From NCBI RefSeq assembly GCF_032444005.1, contig NC_091290.1, positions 139,252,001 through 139,316,000 on the forward strand: DNA of 64,000 nucleotides. The letters are read 5' to 3'. Source of the DNA: Ranitomeya imitator (taxonomy: Eukaryota). The notes below the pieces were generated by a model. It was not told the DNA's origin, ran no database searches, and worked only from the letters and a program-made list of their open reading frames with translations. Made by a program: the position numbers and the translations under genes. Every line of letters starts with the position of its first letter. Position 1 is the first letter of the stretch. Below are positions 10,342 through 21,928 of the stretch, piece after piece.

Positions 10342-10844
10342 GAGGGCGCAAAAAGACCCTCCGCACCGACTAACGGTACGGAGGTGCTTCCTCTGCGTCC
10401 CAGAGCTTCCAGCAAGCAAGACAAACCAATATAGCAAGCTGGACAGAAAAAATAGCAAACAAAAGTAACACAAGCAGAACTTAGCTTTTGCAGGGCAGAC
10501 AGGCCACAAGAACGATCCAGGAGAGAGCAAGACCAATACTGGAACATTGACTGGAGGCCAGGAACAAAGAACTAGGTGGAGTTAAATAGAGCAGCACCTA
10601 ACGACCCAACCTCGTCACCTGAGGAAGGAAACTCAGAAGCCGCAGCCCCACTCACATCCACCAAAGGAAGCTCATGGACAGAACCAGCCAAAGTACCACT
10701 CATGACCACAGGAGGGAGCTTGACCACAGAATTCACAACACCCACCAATCAGCTGATAAGATTTTATAGTACTTATATGGTTCACTCTTGGGTGGAAACC
10801 ATTCATTTTACTTTGTAGTATATGACAGGTACTTGTATTTTTAA

Positions 10845-11240
10845 AGGAAATCTGTCAGCAGATTTTGACTACAGCATGTTGTAGGGGTAAAGACCCCGAT
10901 TCCAGGGACGTGTCACTTGCAAAGCTGTGTGCTGTAATTTCAGTACAATCAGTGTTTTAGCAGCAGGAAATTATCAAGGGAGGACTAGGTGTCCTGTGCC
11001 AGGCAGTCCAGCTAATCTGTGTAACCACACCCCCCACCACTGATTGGTAGCTTGCTGACAATGCACAGCAAGCTGCCAATCAGTGGTGTGGGTGGGATTA
11101 TAAAACAGCTCAGCATTCTGAGCACTGATACATCTACACCAGAGAAAATAGGGATTCTATGAAAACTGCAGCAAGAAGCCCAGTAAGTGACACATCACTG
11201 GAATCCGGGTCTCTGCCCTTACATCATACTGGTCTCACAT
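10845..11240. mobile_element. T2/TTAA-type MITE, right end lost
   Basis: TTAA-AGGAAATCTGTCAGCAG terminus with an internal inverted repeat; same family as 23843-24205. Confidence 0.55.
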
Positions 11241-12410
11241 CACATGAGAGATATCATAGTAGCTAGTCTTTTCCCACTAGCTCAGAGACAACTGGAAATT
11301 AGAGGTGGAAACTTCAGAGGTAAATACTGGTAAAAAAAAAAAAAAAAAAAAAGCAAAATCCAAGTTATATAATGGGCAAAGATAGGTTTATTCCTCATCT
11401 ACAGGCACATGACAGTCTGTATTATGCCACGTATTAAAGGGTTTGTTCGCTAATCTTAAAGTTTTTACTAATTCTTACCTCCCGGACCTCCATATTACTG
11501 CGGGCATCCTCCTGACTTCATGGGAGGTGTATAGTGACTGCTGACTATAGTGACTCTTACCGTTTCTTCCTACTTGGATGGAATGCTAAGGCTGCAGTCA
11601 ATCAGCAGCCACTGATTGGCTGCAGCAGTCACCTAACATACCCCAATCAGAAGAGTAAGCCATGCGATCAATTACAAATGTATCCATCACAACTAACAAT
11701 TACCCTGCAGATCTCGGCCATCCGTATTACATTAGTTTTATTTGTTTTAGGTTGAAATATGCAGAATTGATCCATTATAATGTATTTGTGAGCCACCGAG
11801 TGATAATATGCTTAAAGGGATAATTCAAGACGTGCAAACAAAGCTTCTTCACTGTGGGAAGTTATATTATTTTCTTGGATGCTTGGATACACCATTTCCC
11901 CCAGTTTCCAGTACTGGAAACTAAAAGGAAATTATGTGTACAAGCATCAAAGAAAATAATGTAACTTTCCAGAGTAAACTCACACTGAAGCCAAGAATGA
12001 ACCTCAGAATCACAAAAATGGACCTCAGGATTCCGCATCCGGAATGGAGCTGATGTGGGCATGCTCCATCTCTGCTGCATTCATTGTCTATGGGACTATG
12101 GGAAATAACAGAGTGCTCGAATCAACTTCAAGCTGGGGCTCGGGAGCCGCGACCAGACCTGTATTGGAAGGGGGAACGCGAACACCAAAGTCTGAGGATA
12201 CATTCAGCGGAAAAGTAATGCAGTGCAGAGACAAGAAGGATCACTGCACCACAATACACATTGCCGGTACCTGACGTCTGCGTGCCAGTTACAGACGGCG
12301 CATGGCGGTGACGTTATACGCACTGGCTATAGAAAAGGACACCCTATGTCGTGTAAGCAGGGGAAGGTGACAATCTTTATCTTAATGTGTTAGAGAACAG
12401 TGGCAAAACG

Positions 12411-13690
12411 GGGAGCATTATTACAGGATGGGCCAAGGAGTAGGGACATTATACCAGGAAGGGGCCCATGATGCGGGGCACGTATTACTGGAAGAATTCA
12501 AAATTGAGACATTACATCAGGATGGGGGACATTATTACTGGAAGAGGCCCAGGATGGATGACATATATTACTGGAACAGACCCAGAATGGAGACATTACA
12601 CCAGGATGGGGCCCATTATTACTGGAAGGGACTCAGCATGAGGGACATATATTACTGGAATGCGCCCAGGATGTAGGGAAATTATTATTGGAAGTAGCCC
12701 AGGATGGGTGACATATGTGACTGGAAGGGACCAGAATACAGACATTACACCAGGATGGTGGACATTATTTCTGGAAGAGGCCCAGGATAGGGGACATTAT
12801 TACTGGAAGGGGCCAAGGATGGAGGCATTATTACTGAAAGGGTCACAGGTTGGGGAACATTATTACTGGAATGGGTCCAATGTGGAGAATATTATACCAG
12901 GAAGGGGCCCATTATTACTGGAAGGAACCCAGGCTGGGGGATCTAAATTACTGGAAGGCTCCCAGGATGAGGACATTACACCAGGATGGTGGACATTAGT
13001 ACTGGAAGAGGCCAAGGATGAGGGATATTATTACTGCAAAGCACCGTAGATGGGGGGCATTATTACTGAAAGTGTCACAAGTTGGGAAACATTATTACCA
13101 GAAGGGGTCTTGGATGGAGGACGTTATACCAGCAAGAGGCCAAGGATGAGGGACATTATTACTGCAAAGCGCCGTAGATGGGGGGCATTATTACTGAAAG
13201 AGTCACAAGTTAGGGAACATTATTACCGGAAGGGGTCTTGGATGGAGGATGTTATACCAGCAAGAGGCCAAGGATGAGGGACATTATTACTGCAAAGCGC
13301 AGTAGATGGGGGGCATTATTACTGAAAGAGTCACAAGTTGGTGAACATTATTACCGGAAGGGGTCTTGGATGGAGGACGTTATACCAGCAAGAGGCCAAG
13401 GATGAGGGACATTATTACTGCAAAGCGCCGTAGTTGGGGGGCATTATTATTGAAAGAGTCACAAGTTGGGGAACATTATTACCGGAAGGGGTCTTGAATG
13501 GAGGACGTCATATCAGCAAGAGGCCAAGGATGAGGGACATTATTACTGCAAAGCGCCGTAGATGGGGGGCATTATTACTGAAAGAGTCACAAGTTGGGGA
13601 ACATTATTACCGGAAGGGGTCTTGGATGGAGGACGTTATACCAGGAAGAGGCCCAGAATGAGTGACATTAGTACAGGACATTATTACTTT
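12411..13690. repeat. ~21-bp CATTATTACTGGAAGG minisatellite with a 128-bp higher-order block (13016-13655)
   Basis: GGATGAGGG unit starts at 13016, 13144, 13272, 13400 and 13528. Confidence 0.9.
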
Positions 13691-14304
13691 ATGAGGGGGG
13701 GCAACACGTATGTCTTAATAGGATTTTGAATGCTACAAGGGCTAATACATCAGACCAACATGTAGGTTGGAGCCCAGGTCCAAATTTCATCTGAAGATAC
13801 CTGCCCTCGAAAATATATACTTTTAATAGCTCTCGGCTGGTTTATCTAATGTGCACACAAATGTACTGCATCAGCTTTTTTAACCTAATATGGGGTGACG
13901 ACATTCCCTTTAAATACAGAACCAATCACACCCACTCTTCACTATGCGATAACCTATCTCCAGTATGTGAATGATATGAAGGATTTCCACATTTTGCAGG
14001 ATAGGCTACAAGAAATCCTTTTGCACGTAAATTAGTTGCGCTGCTCATTATCTTGTTTATGTAAAACAAATGCAAATGCTGATGAATGAATTCTAGATAA
14101 TGGCACAGCACAGCGTGAACCCGCTCCTCTCCAGCAATGCAAAAACTGAAGTCACACGTCCTGAAGGCAGGTAGTATCCTGTTTTATTTCCACCATTTAG
14201 ATGCTGTGATTATTATGCCCACCTTATTTTATTTTTCTAATCAAAATCAGATAATGAAAAATACTTTTTTTTCTAGACTGTCTTTATTTGGTGATCTTAC
14301 ACGG

Positions 14305-14924
14305 GTCAGTCGTCCTGGTTCCTTTGCAGAGAAACAGCCCCAAAGCATGATGTTGCCACGCCCATGCTTCACAGTAGGTATGGTGTTCTTTGGATGCAAC
14401 TCAGCATTCTGTCTCCTCCAAACATGACAAGTTTTGTTTCTACCAAACAGTTCTACTTTGGTTTCATCAGACCACATGACATTCTCCCAATACTCTTCTG
14501 GATAATCCAAATACTGTCTAGCAATCTTCAGACGGGCCCGGACACGTACTGGCTTAAGCAGGGGGACACATTTGGCACTGCAGGATCTGAGTCCTTGGCG
14601 GCATAGTGTGTTACTGATTTTAGCCTTTGTTACGGTGGTCCCAGCTCTCTGCAGGTCATTCACTAGGTCCCCCCATGTGGTTCTGGGATTTTTGCTCACC
14701 GTTCTTGTGATCATGTTTACCCCACAGGGTGAGATCTTGCGTGAAGCCCCAGATCGAGGGGGATTATCAGTGGTATTGTATGCCTTCCATTTTCTTATTT
14801 TTGCTCCCGCAGTTGATTTCATCACACCAAGCTGCTTGCCAATTGCAGATTCAGTCTTCCCAGCATGGAGCAGGGCTACAATTTTGTTTCTGGTGTCCTT
14901 CGACAGCTCTTTGGTCTTCACCAT
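14305..14924 (-). pseudogene. Truncated Tc1 transposase (paired-like HTH plus first catalytic Asp)
   Basis: ORF 14247-14975; homology ends at EPGRL. Confidence 0.88.
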
Positions 14925-15008
14925 AGTGGAGTTTGGAGTGTGACTGTTTGAACTTGTTATCAGTATAACAGACACCTGTCCAAAACCTCAAACAGGAGCC
15001 ATTACTAC

Positions 15009-17606
15009 CAGAGGCGTAGCTAGAGCTTTTGCCGCCCGGGGCTGTTCCCGAGTTTGGCGCCCCCCCCCCCCCCAGCTCAATACACACAAAGGTTACCAAA
15101 AATGGTTTTCCTGTTTTGTAGAACTTAAACTGGGCCTAATGGTGTCACCCCCACATGCCACACCTGTGACTTAATACCACCACACCATGACCAGGCCACA
15201 TAGTGACCGAATAATACTACATACAAGGGACAAATACCACCGCACCATTTCCAGACCACATATTACCACCACATAGTGACTGAATACTACAATACTGATC
15301 AGTAATAAAAAAAAAAAAAACACAATACTATCACCATAAGTGCCAGTATTCACAGGAGATCTGTACTTAGTATGCAGTGTCTGTGTAGAGGTAATACAGA
15401 GATCACTGGTGACATTATACACAGGACCTCTATATAGTATACAGTGTATAGTGTCAGTGTATAGGTAACACTGACTCACCAGTGACGTCTCTAGGTGAAG
15501 TCCTTCATCTTTTATCCAGCACAGACCGCCATCATTCCTTCCAGCCAGGACTCGTTTCTGCAGGAAATAACACAGTTATCTCGAGCTCCGCTTGCAGAAC
15601 ACATTACTTAATTTTTCACAACTTCTACATTACACCACATGAAGAAAAAAAGGTGATATAGTGTCACTCTGCACAGTAACAGGACCGCCCCCCCATTTAA
15701 AACAGTATACTCAAAAAATAAAATAAATACATCACTGCAGTAACAATATCCCTTAATTATCCCCTATGGTAATAATATTCCCCACCCTGGCCCCGTTTAT
15801 CTCATTCCTGGCTCCAGCCATATGTTGTTGTATCCTGCCCTCATGAGTATCCATTCTACCCCATATGATCTCCCCATCCTGCCCCACCAGCCTCCATCGT
15901 ATCCGTCCTGCCCCATGATCCAATCCTGCCCCGTGTCTCCAATCATGCCCCGTATCTACATTCTGCCCATGCCTCAAGTCCTGCCCCCAGTGTGTCCAGC
16001 ATATTACCCCCATGTTGTCCAGCAATCTGCCCCAGTGTGTCCAGCATATTACCCCCAGTGTGTCCAGCAATCTGCCCCAGTATGTCCAGCATATTACCCC
16101 CAGTGTGTCCAGCAATCTGCCCTCAGTGTGTCCAGCAATCTGCCCCAGTGTCCAGCCTTTCCCCAGTGTGTCCAGCAGTCTGCCCCAGTGTGTCCAGCAT
16201 ATTACCCCCAGTGTCCAGCATTGCCCCAGTGTGTCCAGTATATTACCCCCAGTGTGTCCAGCAATCTGCCCCAGTGTCCAGCATTGCCCCAGTGTGTCCA
16301 GAAGTCTGCCCCAGGGTCTCCAGCATTGCCTCAATGTGTCCAGAAATCTGCCCCAGGGTCTCCAGTATTGCCCCAGTGTGTCCAGCAATCTGCCCCAGGG
16401 TCTCCAGTATTGCCCCAGTGTGTCCAGCATTCTGCCCCATAGTCTCCTGTACTGCCCCAGTGTGTCCAGCATTCTGCCCCATGGTCTCCAGTATTGCCCC
16501 AGTGTGTCCAGCAATCTGCCCCATGGTCTCCTGTATTGCCCCAGTGTGTCCAGCATTCTGCCCCATGGTCTCCAGTATTGCCCCGGTGTGTCCAGCAATC
16601 TGCCCCATGGTCTCCAGTATTGCCCCAGTATGTCCAGAAGTCTGCCCCAGGGTCTCCAGCATTGCCTCAATGTGTCCTGAGATCTGCCCCATGGTCTCCA
16701 GTATTCAGAGTGTCCAGCATTCTGCCCCATAGTCTCCTGTACTGCCCCAGTGTGTCCAGCATTCTGCCCCATGGTCTCCAGTATTGCCCCAGTGTGTCCA
16801 GCATTCTGCCCCATGGTCTCCAGTATTGCCCCAGTGTGTCCAGCATTCTGCCCCTAGGTCTCCAGTATTGCCCCAGTGTGTCCAGCATTCTGCCCCATGG
16901 TCTCCAGTATTGCCCCAGTGTGTCCAGCAATCTGCCCCATAGTCTCCTGTATTGCCCCAGTGTGTCCAGCAATCTGCCCCATGGTCTCCTGTATTGCCCC
17001 AGTGTGTCCAGCAATCTGCCCCATGGTCTCCTATATTGCCCCAGTGTGTCCAGCAATCTGCCCCATAGTCTCCTGTATTGCCCCAGTGTGTCCAGCAATC
17101 TGCCCCATGGTCTCCTGTATTGCCCCAGTGTGTCCAGCATTCTGCCCCATGGTCTCCAGCATTGCCCCAGCCCCAGACAGTCAGAAATAAAGAAAAAAAA
17201 AAAAAAGTAAAATCCTCACCTCTCCCGTTCCCAGCGCAGGTCCGGTGCAGTCAGCGTCTCTCCGGCTCTGCGACGCTCAGGACAGAGAGGCAGAGCGGCG
17301 CGCACAGTAGTGACGTCATCGCGCCCTCTGCTCTGAGACGTCGCAGAGTCAGAGGAGGCTGCAGCTGCCGGCGCCGCAGGAACCAGGAGAGGTGAGTATA
17401 GAGCGGGGGGCGGGGGCGGGGGCGGGACCCGGGGGTGGGGGGAGCTGGCCCTGGTCGTGGCGGCGGACGGCGCCGCCCGAAGATTTAAAGGGGCGTCTTT
17501 TTTTTTATTTTTTATTTTTTTATCTTCTTCTGCAGCGCCGGCCGCCCCCAGCATTGTGCCGCCCGGGGCGGACCGCCCCCCCCGCACCCCCCTTCCTACG
17601 CCACTG
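15009..17606. mobile_element. Non-autonomous hAT element with internal minisatellite
   Basis: TIRs CAGAGGCGTAG / CTACGCCACTG; perfect 8-bp TSD ATTACTAC at 15001-15008 and 17607-17614. Confidence 0.92.
15965..17171. repeat. 20-22-bp minisatellite (CCCCAGTGTGTCCAGCAATCTG / CCCCATGGTCTCCAGTATTG) forming 42-bp dimers
   Basis: Direct inspection; explains the 14-aa periodic spurious ORFs. Confidence 0.92.
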
Positions 17607-19077
17607 ATTACTACAGGTAATGAGTGGAGGACAGAGGAGCCTCTCAAAGAAGTTACAGGTCTGTGAGAGCCAGAAATCTTGCATGTTCTTAGGTGACCAA
17701 ATACTTATTTTCCACCATAATATACTAAATAAATCTTGCCAAATCAGACAAGGTGATTTCCTGGATTTGTTTTCTCATTTTGACTCTCATAGTTGTGGTC
17801 TACCTATGATGTCAATTACAGGCCGCTCTCATCTTTTTAAGTGGGAGAACTTGCACAATTGATGGCTGACTAAATACTTTTTTTCCCCCACTGTATATAC
17901 AGTATATATCTATATATATCTATTATATATATTATATTTGGGCAAAAAAAATTGACAGATTAAAAATTTGCAAGTAACATTTGAAAGGCATGAAAAATAA
18001 ATTCAAGGAAATGGACCGGATGTGGACTCGCACACTCACATTTTGGATCCACTTCAGTCTTTGCTGAGATAAACTGCACTAAAAACTTAGAATGTTTAAT
18101 GCTAGCAAAACTTCTGCTAAGTCCCTTTATCTTCCCCCAATGAAACACAATAATATTTGTGATGTCCACCATTTTTCAGCGGGACATTATCCCCGTTGTC
18201 TAATATTGGAAGAGACATGAATTAGACACAATGGCTCTTGTTTTCTGAAGCAGGATAATCTACATTAGGTAAATGTAGTGTGATCTGAATCTTGAATATT
18301 TACACACGGAGCTTGGAAAATATATTCACTTCCGGCATTAAAATGCCTATAGATTCTGTCTGCTTGGAAAAACACTGATGTGAAGACCAATTACTGACAG
18401 AGCAACGTCCCAATCATCTCTCCGGCTGCTGCTAATAGATAATATACGACACAAGTGAAACCATACATCAAGGAGAAAAAACGTGTATTTTCCAGCCTAT
18501 GTAAACATACTGTATGTACATAGTAATTTGCTGGGCTTTTGACAGTGTTCCGGTGGGAAGGAGACTTAATATTACTTCCAATGCTTATCTTGTTTCCTAT
18601 CCATATTTATTATTATATATCATGTAATAAAATAATTAACAGTGGAAATTGGAATCCCATGGCTCTTAATTTTTTTTCCCAATTGCTTCCAGGTCCGTAG
18701 ACTTCACTAAAATCCAGTCTATCTAAATGCACCGAAGGTCTTGTCTCTAGATCAATGGAGCTATGGGGTATTAAAAATGACCTCATGTGTAGACCTAGTG
18801 GCCACGAGTGGTACTGCATGCTCTCTGGCAGTACCACCCATGGCCACTATATAATGAATGGCGCTGTGCCACTTCAATCATCTGATCAATGGGTGGAGAT
18901 CTGGTAATTATGACCCAACCTCCTCACCCAAGGAATGCTATCAAAATCCGGCATATGTAAAGTCGCCCTTAAGAGGTCGTCATTTCCTATTACACTTTAG
19001 GTCTCTAGTATTAAAGGTAAAATGAGCAAAAGAGAGAACCTCCTACACGTGGCATGTAACTGTGTGATCGGTATTAA

Positions 19078-19659
19078 AGGGGTTCTCCGCTCATCAGTAT
19101 CTGTAAGAAGGACCCTCTGACAATAAGCAGATCATGGTGTTTCATCCTGCTCTGGGCCCTAGTGATCTATGGTGAAACCTTGCAGCAACTGTTTAGTTAC
19201 CCTGCAGCACCTCTACAGGAGAAATAAGGTATTGCAAGATTTTGTTTCATATCAATATGTTTTCAGGGTCATGCAGGACTGGACATCTCCTCCAGAGCGA
19301 GAGATGTTTTTTGCCTCAGCTCTCCACTGGGAGGGTTCTGAACTAAAGACCTGTATAACCATAAGATATTCAATGTGGGATCTGGCTCTGCTTGCTGATT
19401 TGCTCAGTTAACACATGATTGTTCAGATACTGTTGAAATCCAGGTGGCGCCAGGTTCTCCCCCACTCAAAAGCCCCAAAGCATCTTCAATGTCTGCATTA
19501 TAAACTTCCCTGATGAAAAAGCCAGGGCCCACCAGAGGATTTTCCGCTTCTCCGGTGGGCCAATCCATCCTTCTTGATGACCTATCATAAGTATAGGTCA
19601 TCATTGTTAAACCTCTTTAACTCAGGAGGATATTGTGTTTTCCAATCTGGACTTCCCCT
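19078..19659. mobile_element. T2/TTAA-type MITE (old)
   Basis: TTAA-AGGGG...CCCCT-TTAA termini. Confidence 0.45.
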
Positions 19660-21928
19660 TTAAATAAAGTAATTGTGATGCTGAAAGAGCTAACTGGGGA
19701 ACCACATTTCCAAATTCCCTGCAGTGCCCCCACAGGAGAAATAAAGCATTACACGGTGTCCTATCGGATCAATGTCCCGTTTGTGTAACACAAGGAGCCA
19801 GATAATTAATGGAGGTCCTAGATGAGGGACTCCACTTTTTCTAAACTTCTAATTTCACTTAAATTAGTTTTTTCTAAAGTTTCCAGTCCTATGAGTTGTG
19901 ACACTTGGAGGGTCTTGCTCCTACGAGGTCCATGTAAAGCATCACCCTTCTCCTATCAGCAGCTGCACTTTTAATTGCGTCCCATCCGTCTCTCTTTCCG
20001 TTCTCGTCTACTTCTCGGTTCATCTTTCATTTCTCCTCTCGGCGATCTAATTGGTTGCGGGCTGTAATGGTGAATTAAATGCATTGCACACAAAGCCGCC
20101 GCGCCTTCCAGTAATTAGTGCGAATTGTGGAAGCGTCACATTTAAATGAGTTAGCTCTGCAAGATGGATTCCCTTTGTGGGCCTCAAGTGAAATCATTAC
20201 AGGGTATAATTCTGGACCTGACACCAGACCGGGAACCATTTATTAGGGGAATTCAGAAAAAGGCTGAAAATAGCGCACGGCATAGACTGTAATATCCGAT
20301 GACGAATAAAAGCTATTGAATATAAATGACATTAATCTGCCTGGAGTTAATTAAACTGATGTGACTTGGAGCGAACCACATGCACACCAGGGATACAGAA
20401 CTTTTGTAGACTGAGCCAGAAGCCTATGAGTTCACTACGGTGGTCATTAAAGGATATGGACACTTGCCGAGGCAATTAAAAATCATTTTTACAATTGAGT
20501 TTTGTTAAAAATGTTGCACCGTTTGCCTTCCGTAGCATGGTCTATTGCAGAATGCGTTAACTGAGAATCCATCAGTGAGCTTTGTCTGAAGACAGAGTTT
20601 ATAACTTATTCATTCTTCTCAGCTCATTTATGATCACAAACTTACAACTCAAGTTTCCATGCGGCTCGGAAGAAGGAAGATAAGAGTTATTAACTCTCCC
20701 TTCAGATTAAGCTCGCTGATGGATTCTCGAAAGAGAGGGCAACAAGAAGCAGATTAACTATTGTAGTTGCATTAGAATTCTTGCAATAGTTGCTCCTTAA
20801 TTTTAGACAAATGGTGAGGTGGACTACTGGAGTTCTTGGCCTGGACGAGCGGTTGTAGTCAGCAAGATCCGATAAAGTTGCAGCAGTGAGATGGAGAGGA
20901 AGGATCAATGGAGGTTTGTGATGGCTACTGGTGGGGTAGAGCAATAGACCACAGGGAAGCGAGGGAGACTAATGGAGTAGTGCTGGGATAGCAGAAAAGC
21001 CTCTTAGATGTGGCAGAGCTCTATTTGTCAGAGAGTCCTGAGAAGCACTCGAACAGCAGAGATGAGCAGGTAGGAAGATAATTTTCAGTAATGATGTAGC
21101 AGAAATGAGTAGTTCAGATGCAGCTCTGTAGATGTAGCAGAGCCCAGCAAAGTAGCAGAGTAGAGTAGTTCAGGTGGCTCAAGTAAGGTAGCACAGTAAT
21201 GTAGACTCATGGATCTAATGATCAAAACCTAACTGCCTCATAGTTATATAGGAGACTGTCCCGTTAGGATCAGAGGCTCACAGTCGGTTTGTCAATCACA
21301 ATACTTACTTGGACAATGAACGTGTGAAACCAGCTTTATGAAGCAGAACCCAGTAATGTCCTAAGTAGTGGCAAGACCTCCAACTACCTGAATACTCAGG
21401 CGGCACACTGCAACCTTAACTGCTTATAAGCCCTGGAAGTGTGATCTCAGAGGTATGTGCTCACAATGTGAAGTGGACTCAATATGCCCAGATCCAGATG
21501 GGTACATGGTCCCCGGATGTCGGTGCAGCAGGCAGGTGCGGAGCAAGGACGTGGTACGCTCAGGAATATAGGGAGCAGATGGACGGATGCAGTGAAGTCA
21601 GGAAGGAAGAAGCAGGTTATCACAGTGTTCACAGGAGGTGGAGGAACCAATCAAGACTCTTGAAACACAATCCAGAGACACAAGTGTGTGTCCTATTGAG
21701 CATTAAGAAGGATCATAGAGATGACATCACTGAGCCAGGTATAAACAATTTTAATAATTTATTTAAAACCTTAGGTAACAAAAAAAGCCAAAAATCAAAA
21801 ACTGAATTTTTTTCCATTCTCATTTCTATGCAACATAATGCAATTGATTCCAAGACTTTTACAAGTACGGTAATCTGATCTTGGCACAAAGTTTGCATAT
21901 TTTGGAGCGTAACATCATTTTATAACTA

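Larger units (their letters stand above)
1..10740 (-). mobile_element. Ty3/Gypsy LTR retrotransposon A (sushi/chromovirus-like); runs off the window start within integrase; 5' LTR interrupted by element B
   Basis: Minus-strand gag ([14 protein letters not shown] knuckle), protease (VDSGA), RT ([12 protein letters not shown]), RNase H and integrase (IVSDRGSQFV at positions 1-32). LTR TG...CA spans 3327-3753 plus 10342-10740. Confidence 0.95.
3327..10740 (-). repeat. 5' LTR of element A (~820 bp, split into 3327-3753 and 10342-10740)
   Basis: Minus-strand termini TGTTGTGAAT...TCATAACA. The two halves rejoin to match the uninterrupted related solo LTR at 30453-31251. Confidence 0.92.
14305..17893 (-). 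mobile_element. Tc1-family transposon, 3'-truncated and split by a hAT insertion
   Basis: Minus-strand TIR CAGTGGGGGAAAAAAAGTATTTAGTCAGCC ends at 17893 next to TA. Transposase [16 protein letters not shown]...WSDETK...WGCFSA. Confidence 0.9.

Noticed and set aside
12428-13661. HYYW-repeat ORFs
   Set aside because: Translations of the 21/128-bp repeat array.
15753-17210. Long Cys/Pro/Gln-rich ORFs in several frames (up to 353 aa)
   Set aside because: They are translations of the 20-22/42-bp minisatellite inside a hAT element and are open on both strands.
19510-19516. CTGATGA as a hammerhead core
   Set aside because: No helix II followed by GAAA. The same applies to 45720 and 47716.
21210-21700. 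Possible LTR-like or DIRS fragment
   Set aside because: No termini or TSD could be identified.
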